Source: an uncultured Solirubrobacterales bacterium (GTDB lineage Bacteria > Actinomycetota > Thermoleophilia > Solirubrobacterales > 70-9). Taken from it: a DNA stretch of 64,000 bases. The stretch spans positions 11,889 to 75,888 of the forward strand of contig CAWFLL010000003.1 of assembly GCA_963816785.1 (NCBI GenBank). Direction: 5' to 3'. The stretch's first letter is position 1; the number at the start of each line of letters is the position of its first letter. The notes beneath the pieces were generated by a model. That model did not search any database, was not told the DNA's origin, and saw only the letters and a program-made list of their open reading frames with translations. Shown piece by piece: positions 18,451 to 25,808 of the stretch. The position numbers and the translations under genes are program-made.

Positions 18451-19087
18451 GAAGGCCCCCTTTGGCCGGGGCCGGCTGCGACGGCTCTTCGGCCTCGACC
18501 GCAGCGGCCCGCCGCCGCGCCAGACCGAGAAGGGCGAGCCGCTCCACCCGTGGACCCTGCCCAACCTGGTCGGCTACCTGCGGATCGCGGCGATCCCGCT
18601 CTTCCTCTACCTGGCCTTCGAATCTGGCGACGGGCGCAGCGCCGCCGCGGCGGCCGTGTTCTGGCTGATCGCGGCGGGCGACTACGTCGACGGCTTCCTC
18701 GCCCGCGTCACCGGCCAGTACAGCCGCCTCGGGGCGCTCCTCGACCCGATCATCGACCGCCTCACGATCCTCGCCGGCGCCGTCGTCTGCTGGCACTTCG
18801 AGCTGCTGCCGCGCTGGGCGCTGGCGCTGCTGGTCGCAAGGGAAGTGGTGATGCTCGCGCTCGGCCAGTACGCGCTTCGCCACGGGGTCGAGATCAGGGT
18901 CAACTGGCCCGGTCGGATCTCTGTCTTCCCGATCATGGGTGGGATCTTCTTCGCGCTCGTGCTCGAGGGCTGGGTCCCGGCGGCGCTCCTGATCGTCGGT
19001 GTGGCGCTGGCGCTGCTGGCGACGGTGCTCTACGCGCGCAGCGGGCTGGCCGCGATCCGGGCGCAAGACGGCACCCAACTCGGCTAA
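18443..19087 (+). CDS. CDP-alcohol phosphatidyltransferase (PgsA-like)
   Basis: Start ATG 18443 overlaps the proS stop. Family motif D-x2-D-G-x2-A-R...G-x3-D-x3-D is seen as GDYVDGFLARVTGQYSRLGALLDPIIDRL. Multiple TM helices. Confidence 0.8.
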   Translation: MAEKAPFGRGRLRRLFGLDRSGPPPRQTEKGEPLHPWTLPNLVGYLRIAAIPLFLYLAFESGDGRSAAAAAVFWLIAAGDYVDGFLARVTGQYSRLGALLDPIIDRLTILAGAVVCWHFELLPRWALALLVAREVVMLALGQYALRHGVEIRVNWPGRISVFPIMGGIFFALVLEGWVPAALLIVGVALALLATVLYARSGLAAIRAQDGTQLG

Positions 19088-19090
19088 ACC

Positions 19091-19130
19091 TTCAACCTGG
19101 AGTTGAACCTTGGCGAATGCGACCTATAAT
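19091..19130 (+). promoter_or_regulatory. Near-consensus sigma-70-type promoter with a palindrome over the -35
   Basis: TTGAAC (19103-19108), 16 nt, TATAAT (19125-19130). Inverted repeat TTCAAC-CTGGA-GTTGAA spans 19091-19107. Downstream 5' UTR hairpin GGAGGCG/CGCCTCC (19150-19167) and AAGGAG RBS (19173-19178). Confidence 0.55.
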
Positions 19131-19182
19131 CGGGAGTCCAGCGGCAAGAGGAGGCGTCGCCGCCTCCCAAACAAGGAGCGAG

Positions 19183-19455
19183 ATGGAGGACACCTTTCCC
19201 GATCTAGGTTCGCTCAGCGACGAAGAGCTGAAGGACCTGATCGACAACCTGACCGAAGAGGAGAACGAGATCTCCTACCGGCGTCGAGTCCTGCACGGCA
19301 AGATCGACATCCTCCGGGCCGAGCTGGTCAACCGCCTGCGCCAGAAGCGCGAAAGCGGCGACATGTTGATCTCGGGCGATGACGTAGCCCAGCTGACCGA
19401 GATCCTCGCCGGCAAGGCCCAGCCGCAACCGCCGGAGGACAAACCGGCCGCCTGA
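19183..19455 (+). CDS. Small (90 aa) coiled-coil protein with an RsiG-like single c-di-GMP-binding-type motif
   Basis: ATG 19183 preceded by AAGGAG. MEDTFPDLGSLSDEELKDLIDNLTEEENEISYRRRVLHGKIDILRAELVNRL. Residues 27-42 read E-x3-S-x2-R-x3-H-x3-D versus the RsiG motif E-x3-S-x2-R-x3-Q-x3-D. The CDS call is solid; the function is tentative. Confidence 0.6.
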   Translation: MEDTFPDLGSLSDEELKDLIDNLTEEENEISYRRRVLHGKIDILRAELVNRLRQKRESGDMLISGDDVAQLTEILAGKAQPQPPEDKPAA

Positions 19456-19473
19456 CCGGCCCCGGGAGGCGCA

Positions 19474-19947
19474 ATGGCAGTCCACTGTCCCGAGTGCGGC
19501 TTCGTCAACCCTGAGGGGGCCAACTACTGCCAGAAATGCGGCGCCTACCTCGGCGGCCCGTCCGAGGGCGGCGAGGAGCCGACGACGATGACCTACACGG
19601 TCGACGACACCGGCGACATGCAGCCGATCGACATCGACCAGGTCCTCGAGAAGAGCGGCGCCGCGCTCGTGATCCGCAGCGGCGGCGGGCGCGCCGGTGA
19701 GAGCTTCACGGTCGAGGAGGACCGGGTCAGCATCGGACGCAGCCCCGACGCAGGGGTCTTCCTCGACGACGTCACCGTCTCCCGCAACCACGCGCTGCTC
19801 GTGCGCCGCCGGGACGGCCTCTATATCGACGACCTCGGCTCGCTCAACGGCACCTACGTCAACCGGCGCCGGATCGAGTCCCACCGGCTGTCGGACGGTG
19901 ACGAGATCCAGGTCGGCAAGTACAAGCTCAGCTTCCTGGAGAAGTAG
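19474..19947 (+). CDS. FHA-domain protein with N-terminal zinc ribbon (GarA/OdhI position)
   Basis: CPECGFVNPEGANYCQKCG zinc ribbon. FHA core IGRSPDAGVFLDDVTVSRNHALL...DLGSLNGTYVN. Confidence 0.9.
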   Translation: MAVHCPECGFVNPEGANYCQKCGAYLGGPSEGGEEPTTMTYTVDDTGDMQPIDIDQVLEKSGAALVIRSGGGRAGESFTVEEDRVSIGRSPDAGVFLDDVTVSRNHALLVRRRDGLYIDDLGSLNGTYVNRRRIESHRLSDGDEIQVGKYKLSFLEK

Positions 19948-20694
19948 ATGGCCTCGGTCTCCGAAAAGGCACCGCGCCCCCGCGACTCGGCGAGCCGCCC
20001 CCGCAAGGCGCTGACGATCGGCGCCGTCTGCAAGATCCTGCAGAGCGAGTTCGACGACGTCTCGATCTCGAAGATCCGCTACCTCGAGGATCAGAAGCTG
20101 CTCAGCCCCCGCCGGACCGACGGCGGCTACCGCCTCTACAGCCAGTCCGACGTGGAACGGCTGCGGACGATCCTGCGCCTGCAGCGGGACGAGTTCCTGC
20201 CGTTGCGGGTGATCCGCCAGGAGCTCGCCGCCGGTGGCGACCTCGAATTCGGAGGCGGGACGGATCGGCCGGCCGGAGGTGCGGTCCGCCGGGCGATCCT
20301 GGTCAACACCTCGAGCGCCTACCTGACGCTCGACGAGCTGATCGAGGAGACGGGCGCCCGCGCCGAGCTGGTTTCCGAACTCGAGAACTTCGGCATCGTC
20401 CAGCCGGAGAAGCGCGACGGCAGGACCGTCTACGACGAGACCGACCGCGAGGTAGTCCGTTCCGCCAACGAGCTCTCCAAGGTCGGAGTGGCGGCCCGCA
20501 ACCTCCGCATCTTCCGCTCCTCCGCCGACCGCGAGGCGAGCCTGTTGGAGGCCCTGCTCGGGCCATCGCTGCGCTCGCGGAACCCGGAGCGCCGCAAGGA
20601 GGCGTTGGAGAGCCTCGAGAGCCTCGCGGCCACGGTCAGCCATCTCAAGCACCTCCTCCTGGTCAGGGACCTGCGGCGGCTCACCGGGGACTGA
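19948..20694 (+). CDS. MerR-family transcriptional regulator (FtsR/Rv1828-like position)
   Basis: N-terminal HTH LTIGAVCKILQSEFDDVSISKIRYLEDQKLLSPRRTDGGYRLYS. The ATG directly follows the FHA gene stop. Confidence 0.85.
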   Translation: MASVSEKAPRPRDSASRPRKALTIGAVCKILQSEFDDVSISKIRYLEDQKLLSPRRTDGGYRLYSQSDVERLRTILRLQRDEFLPLRVIRQELAAGGDLEFGGGTDRPAGGAVRRAILVNTSSAYLTLDELIEETGARAELVSELENFGIVQPEKRDGRTVYDETDREVVRSANELSKVGVAARNLRIFRSSADREASLLEALLGPSLRSRNPERRKEALESLESLAATVSHLKHLLLVRDLRRLTGD

Positions 20695-20702
20695 CGGCCC
20701 CG

Positions 20703-21167
20703 GTGCCTCGGGTCACCCGCCGTCGCCACGTAGCCGCTCCCCCGGATCAGGTCTGGGCGCTCGTCTCCGACCCCTACAGCCTGCCCCGCTGGTGGCCGCG
20801 CACGAGCAGGGTCGAGAGCGTCGACGTCAAGAGCGGCGGCAGGCGGAGCCAATGGACCAAGGTGCTGGAAACCGCCGAGGGACGCGGGGTGCGGGCCGAC
20901 TACCGATGCGTCAGCTCGGCCGAGGGCGAGCGCTACGCCTGGGAGCAGCAGCTCGAGGGAACGCCGTTCGCCAGACACCTGCGCAGCTCGAGGGTCGAGA
21001 TCAACCTCCGGGCGGACGACGGAGGGACCGACGTCGCGCTGCGCTCCGAGCAGGTACTGCGCGGCCTCTCCCGCCTTGGCTCGCCGATGATGCGCGGCGG
21101 CCAGGGCCGGATCCTCGAGGAGGCTCTCGACGGTCTCGAGCGGGCGCTCGGCCCCGAGGATCGATGA
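20703..21167 (+). CDS. SRPBCC (START/polyketide cyclase-dehydrase-like) family protein
   Basis: PDQVWALVSDPYSLPRWWP N-terminal pattern. 154 aa. Confidence 0.75.
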   Translation: MPRVTRRRHVAAPPDQVWALVSDPYSLPRWWPRTSRVESVDVKSGGRRSQWTKVLETAEGRGVRADYRCVSSAEGERYAWEQQLEGTPFARHLRSSRVEINLRADDGGTDVALRSEQVLRGLSRLGSPMMRGGQGRILEEALDGLERALGPEDR

Positions 21168-22795
21168 CGACCGCCGCGCCGCGCCGCGACTCGAAGTGGT
21201 GGGGCTGGGGCGACCCCGGCATCACCCCCGAGCTCGACGAGCAGGGGCGGGAGATGCTCGAGGAGTTGGTCGGAAAGCTGGACCCCGCACCCCTCGCCGC
21301 CGGCCTCGAGGACTTCGAGCTGCCGGCCGCCGAGGCCCTGCCGCAGGCGCTGATCGACGCCATCGGGGCCGAGCGCGTCTTCACCTCGACCGAGGACCGG
21401 CTCCGCCATTCGACGGGTTGCGGGTATCCGGACCTCGCGCGGCTGCGCCAGGGCAGCCTCGAGGCGGCGCCCGATGCGGTTCTGCTGCCGGCCGACGCCG
21501 AGGCGGTGGGGCGGGTGATCGCGGCCTGCGCCGCCGAGGGGATCGCCATCGTCCCGTTCGGCGGGGGAACCAGCGTTGTCGGCGGGATCGAGCCGATCCG
21601 CGGCGCCCACCCGCGGCTGGTCTCGCTCGATCTCGCCGGCCTCCAGGATGTCGAGGTCGACCGGCGCTCGCTGACCGCCCGCCTCGGCGCCGGGCTGCGC
21701 GGGCCCGAGGCCGAGGCCCGCCTCGGCGCCAGCGGGCTCACGCTGGGGCACTTCCCGCAGTCCTTCGAGTACGCGACGATCGGCGGTTTCGCGGCGACGC
21801 GATCGGCGGGCCAGGCCTCGAGCGGCTACGGGCGCTTCGACGCGCTTGTCAGCTCCATTCGACTGATCTCGCCGGCGGGGGAGCTGCGTACCCTCGACAC
21901 CCCGCACACGGCCGCCGGTCCGTCGCTGCGGGAGCTGGTCGTCGGCTCCGAGGGCGTCCTCGGCGTGATTCCAGGTGTCACTGTGAGGGTCCGCCCGGCG
22001 CCGGCGGTCCGCCGCTTCGAGGCCTGGATCGCGGAGAGCTTCGAGGCGGGCGCCGATATCGTGCGCGCACTGGCCCAGGGACCTGGCCTGCCCGATGTGA
22101 TCCGGGTCTCCGACGAGGAGGAGACCCGCGTCTCACTCGCCCTCTCGGGCCCTCGGGGCGTGTCCGGCAGGCTGTTCAACGGATACCTCGGCCTGCGGGC
22201 CCGGAGAGGTGGCTGCCTGATGGTGATCGGCATCGACGGCGACCAGGAGTCGGTGGCCCGTCGCCGGGCTCTCTCGGTGCGGGCCCTGCGCGCAGGCGGC
22301 GCCGCCTACCTCGGCCAGGCCGCCGGCCGCAGCTGGGACCGGGGACGATTCGAGGGCCCCTACCTGCGCGACACGCTGATGGAGATGGGAGCGATCGTCG
22401 AGACCCTCGAGACCTCCCACACCTGGGCCAGGCTCGGCGACCTCCATCGCGCTGTCGGCGAGGCGATCCGCGGCTCGCTGTCCGCCCAGGGGACACCCGG
22501 CCTCGCCTTCTCCCACCTCTCACATGCCTACCCCGACGGCGCCTCCCTCTACTTCACCTTCGTCGCCCGCGCCCGCCGCGGCGCCGAGCTCGAGCAATGG
22601 CGGGCGGTGAAGCGCGCAGCCTCGGAGGCGATCGTTGCCACCGGCGGCACGATCACCCACCACCACGGCATCGGCCGCGACCACTCCCCCTACATGGAGG
22701 CCGAGGTGGGGCGGACCGGGCTGGAGGCGCTGCGGGCGGTGAAGGAGCGGCTCGACCCGACCGGGATCATGAACCCCGGCAAGCTGCTTCCCTAG
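21164..22795 (+). CDS. FAD-linked oxidase (alkyl-DHAP synthase-like, PCMH-type FAD-binding domain)
   Basis: Start ATG 21164 (ATGA overlap with the preceding gene) within ORF 20792..22795. IVPFGGGTSVVGG, THHHGIGRDH and DPTGIMNPGKL blocks. Confidence 0.85.
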   Translation: MTTAAPRRDSKWWGWGDPGITPELDEQGREMLEELVGKLDPAPLAAGLEDFELPAAEALPQALIDAIGAERVFTSTEDRLRHSTGCGYPDLARLRQGSLEAAPDAVLLPADAEAVGRVIAACAAEGIAIVPFGGGTSVVGGIEPIRGAHPRLVSLDLAGLQDVEVDRRSLTARLGAGLRGPEAEARLGASGLTLGHFPQSFEYATIGGFAATRSAGQASSGYGRFDALVSSIRLISPAGELRTLDTPHTAAGPSLRELVVGSEGVLGVIPGVTVRVRPAPAVRRFEAWIAESFEAGADIVRALAQGPGLPDVIRVSDEEETRVSLALSGPRGVSGRLFNGYLGLRARRGGCLMVIGIDGDQESVARRRALSVRALRAGGAAYLGQAAGRSWDRGRFEGPYLRDTLMEMGAIVETLETSHTWARLGDLHRAVGEAIRGSLSAQGTPGLAFSHLSHAYPDGASLYFTFVARARRGAELEQWRAVKRAASEAIVATGGTITHHHGIGRDHSPYMEAEVGRTGLEALRAVKERLDPTGIMNPGKLLP

Positions 22796-23682
22796 CCCGA
22801 GCCTTCGGCCCCGGCGTCGACGACAGGCCCGGCCACCTTGCCGCGGAGGACGTCGGTGCCGTCGAACTGCGGCGTCTTTTTCTCTTTCTGCGCTTCGGTC
22901 ACGGCGACCCGCAGGTCGCCGTTGGAGACGAGTGAGATTTCCAGTTCGTCGAAACCGCTGGCGAGCAGGCCGAGCGCCGTCGCCGGAACCTGGAACTGGC
23001 CGCTGATCGTGCCCGACTCCGCAACTTTGGTCGCCGCGATCGGAATCCGCTCCGAGGGTGAGCGAGCGAGCGAGATCGCGTAGGAGCTGCCGCTGGGCGA
23101 GGGGGCGAGACCTTTGGCTGCGACCACCAGCAGGACCTGTTTGCGGAGCCTGCCGAACACGGCGCGGCCTTCGGCGTCGCTGCCGTCGACCCCCTTCAGG
23201 ACCGCCTGCGTCGGCTGTTTCGAGGTCGAGGTCGGAGTGATGGCCGTCGGCGCCTGATCGGAGCCGCCGGAGCCGGAGTCGCCGCCGCCGATGTCGATCG
23301 CCCCGGTGGCGAAGAGGACCAGCAGGAGCACCACCAGCGCCCCGCCGAGCACCTCAGCCAGGAGTCGGCGGTTGCCGAGGAGCCCCCCGCCCCGCTTCGC
23401 GGGCGACTCTGTCCTTGCCCGTGGAGCCGCCGCGACCGGCTCGGGCGCAGGCTCAGCCTGAGGTTGCTCGGCCTTCGGCTCCGGTGGCGGGGGTGGCGGC
23501 GGTGACGGTGCCGCGGGCTTCACCTCGGCCTCGGCCCCGCTGTCGAGCTCGGCGAGCGCGTCCCTGACCCTGGCGCGCACCTCGCCGACGCTGAGGCCCG
23601 TCAGGGCGCCGATGTCCTCATAGCCCTCCTCGCGCTGCGCGAGCAGTCGCAGCATCGCCTTCTGGTCCTCACTGAGCGCCAC
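22792..23682 (-). CDS. Membrane-anchored protein: sigma-70 region-4-like HTH, Pro-rich linker, one TM, extracytoplasmic domain (anti-sigma/RskA-like, tentative)
   Basis: MALSEDQKAMLRLLAQREEGYEDIGALTGLSVGEVRARVRDAL, PPPPPPP linker, TM LGGALVVLLLVLFATGAI. The stop overlaps the convergent FAD-oxidase stop in CTAG. Confidence 0.6.
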   Translation of the reverse strand: MALSEDQKAMLRLLAQREEGYEDIGALTGLSVGEVRARVRDALAELDSGAEAEVKPAAPSPPPPPPPEPKAEQPQAEPAPEPVAAAPRARTESPAKRGGGLLGNRRLLAEVLGGALVVLLLVLFATGAIDIGGGDSGSGGSDQAPTAITPTSTSKQPTQAVLKGVDGSDAEGRAVFGRLRKQVLLVVAAKGLAPSPSGSSYAISLARSPSERIPIAATKVAESGTISGQFQVPATALGLLASGFDELEISLVSNGDLRVAVTEAQKEKKTPQFDGTDVLRGKVAGPVVDAGAEGSG

Positions 23683-23749
23683 GGATCGGGAAGCCTACAG
23701 CCGGGCACCCCTCCGCCAGCGGCTCATCGGTGCGGATAGGGTCCCGGCG

Positions 23750-24160
23750 ATGGCCGACGATCAGGACGACCTGCGCTCCGGTTTCGCCGCGCTCGTCGGC
23801 GTCGAGTGGCTCGACGACGATCCCGATCACGCTCTGGCGAGGGTGCCGATGCGGGACGAGCTGCTCCAGCCCTTCGGGCTGATGCACGGCGGGGTGCTCT
23901 CGACCCTGGTCGAGAGCGTCTGCTCGCGGTCGACGGCGCTGGCGGTCCTCGGCGACGGGATGGCCGCGATGGGCCAGACGATCGGGGTCAACTTCGTGCG
24001 CCCGATCCTCGAGGGGCCGGCGGAGGTGCGGGCGCGTGCCCGCCACCGCGGCCGCACGACCTGGGTCTGGGAGGCCGAGGTTCGAGACGCGGAGGATCGC
24101 CTCTGTGCGATCGCCCAGATGACGATCGCGGTGCGGCCTATCCCCCGAAGCGGTTCGTGA
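23750..24160 (+). CDS. PaaI-family hotdog-fold thioesterase
   Basis: LQPFGLMHGGVLSTLVESV motif. 136 aa. The 3' end overlaps convergent nadE by 23 nt. Confidence 0.85.
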   Translation: MADDQDDLRSGFAALVGVEWLDDDPDHALARVPMRDELLQPFGLMHGGVLSTLVESVCSRSTALAVLGDGMAAMGQTIGVNFVRPILEGPAEVRARARHRGRTTWVWEAEVRDAEDRLCAIAQMTIAVRPIPRSGS

Positions 24161-25808
24161 TCGGCAGCCGGCGGTCGCGCCCGAAAGCCTTCGGCGTGAT
24201 CCGGATCCCCGGCGCCGCCTGGCGGCGCTTGTACTCGGCCCGGTCGACCATCCGCACGATTTCGTCGACCACCGCGGCGGGGAGCCCGGCCTCGATCATC
24301 TCCTCGCGGCCCTGGTCGCGCTCGACGTAGGCCTCGAGCACCTGGTCGAGCAGGTCGTATGGCGGCAGGGAGTCGGAGTCGAGCTGCTCGGGCCGGAGCT
24401 CGGCCGATGGCGCCCGCTCGAGCACCGAGGCCGGCACCAGCTCCCGGCCCGCCTCCTCGTTGCGGTGGCGGACCAGCTCGTAGACCAGGGTCTTCGGGAC
24501 GTCCTTGATCACCGCGAAGCCACCCGCCATGTCCCCGTAGAGCGTCGCGTAGCCGACCGACATCTCGCTCTTGTTGCCGGTGGTGAGCACCAGCCAACCG
24601 TGCTTGTTGGACAGCGCCATCATCATGTTGCCCCTGATCCGAGCCTGGATGTTCTCGGCCGCGAGGTCTGGCTCCGAGGGCCGCGTCGGGTCGCGGGGGA
24701 GGGGCTCAGGATCGGCGCCGTCGGCGCCGGAGCCCTCCAGGGAGTCGGCGAGGGCCTCCTCGTAGGAGCCCATCGTCGCCTCGATCGGGATCTCGATCCG
24801 CGCCGCGCCGAGGTTGGCGGCGATCGCCCGGGCGTCCTCCTGCGTCGCGGCGCTCGAGTGGGGGGAGGGCATCACGACACAGGTGACGTTCTCCGGCCCG
24901 AGCGCGTCGACGGCGAGCATCGCGACCAGGGCGGAGTCGATCCCGCCGGAGAGGGCGACGCCGACGTGCCGAAAGCCGTTCTTGCGGACGTAGTCGCGGA
25001 GCCCCAGCACCAGCGCCCCGTAGACCTCGGCGAGATCCCCGAGCGGCTCGTGAAGCTCTCCCGGCCCGGTTGCCGGGATGTCGCAGAACAGCAGCTCCTC
25101 CTCGAACTGGGCGGCGCGGGCGAGCACCTCGCCGACCGGGTCGAGGACGAAGCTGTGGCCGTCGAAGACGAGCTCGTCCTGGCCGCCGACCAGGTTGCAG
25201 AACGCGAAATGGCTCCCGTAGGCGAGGGCGCGCTGGGCGAACATCGCTTCCCGCTCCCGGCCCTTGCCGCGGTGGTAGGGCGAGCCCGAGGGATTGGCGA
25301 TCAGCTGCGCGCCTTCGGCGACCTCCGCCGAGGCGGGCGGGCCCTCGGACCAGACGTCCTCGCAGATGGTCAGCCCGACCCGCATCTCGGCGACGTCGAT
25401 CGTCATCGGCTCCTCGCCGGGGGCGAAGTAGCGCTGCTCGTCGAAGACCGAGTAGTTGGGGAGGTGGTTCTTGCGATAGACGGCGCGCACTCCGCCGTCG
25501 GCCAGGACGGCGAGCGAGTTGTGCGCGTGGTGGTATCCGTCGCCCCCGGATACCGGCTCGGCGAAGCCGACCAGCGCGACCACCCCGTGCACGTCTGCCG
25601 CCAGCTCCTCGACCGCCCGGCGCCCGGCCTCGACGAAGTGCCGCTTCAGGTACAGGTCCTCGGCCGGGTAGCCAGGGATGCAGAGCTCGGGGAATATCGC
25701 GAGGTCGGCGCCGCCGTCCCGCGCCCGCGCGATCCACTCCGCGGCCTTCGCCGCGTTGCCGTCGATGTCCCCGACGGTGGGGTCGATCTGGGCCAGCGCG
25801 ATTTGCAC
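24138..25808 (-). CDS. nadE: Glutamine-dependent NAD+ synthetase
   Basis: Start GTG 25808 (VQIALAQIDPTVGDIDGN) inside ORF 24138..26282. CN-hydrolase half (IFPEL, ICEDVW) plus synthetase half with GVALSGGIDSALVA (SGGxDS). Confidence 0.9.
   Translation of the reverse strand: MQIALAQIDPTVGDIDGNAAKAAEWIARARDGGADLAIFPELCIPGYPAEDLYLKRHFVEAGRRAVEELAADVHGVVALVGFAEPVSGGDGYHHAHNSLAVLADGGVRAVYRKNHLPNYSVFDEQRYFAPGEEPMTIDVAEMRVGLTICEDVWSEGPPASAEVAEGAQLIANPSGSPYHRGKGREREAMFAQRALAYGSHFAFCNLVGGQDELVFDGHSFVLDPVGEVLARAAQFEEELLFCDIPATGPGELHEPLGDLAEVYGALVLGLRDYVRKNGFRHVGVALSGGIDSALVAMLAVDALGPENVTCVVMPSPHSSAATQEDARAIAANLGAARIEIPIEATMGSYEEALADSLEGSGADGADPEPLPRDPTRPSEPDLAAENIQARIRGNMMMALSNKHGWLVLTTGNKSEMSVGYATLYGDMAGGFAVIKDVPKTLVYELVRHRNEEAGRELVPASVLERAPSAELRPEQLDSDSLPPYDLLDQVLEAYVERDQGREEMIEAGLPAAVVDEIVRMVDRAEYKRRQAAPGIRITPKAFGRDRRLPITNRFGG

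Noticed and set aside
16621-20652. Long minus-strand ORFs 16621..18162, 17975..19078 and 19204..20652
   Set aside because: They lie antisense to proS, the pgsA-like gene and the FHA/MerR genes. The same compositional argument applies.
22792-22795. Convergent genes sharing overlapping stop codons in the palindrome CTAG
   Set aside because: This is real in the sequence. It is a common by-product of tight gene packing and gives no evidence of a regulatory role.
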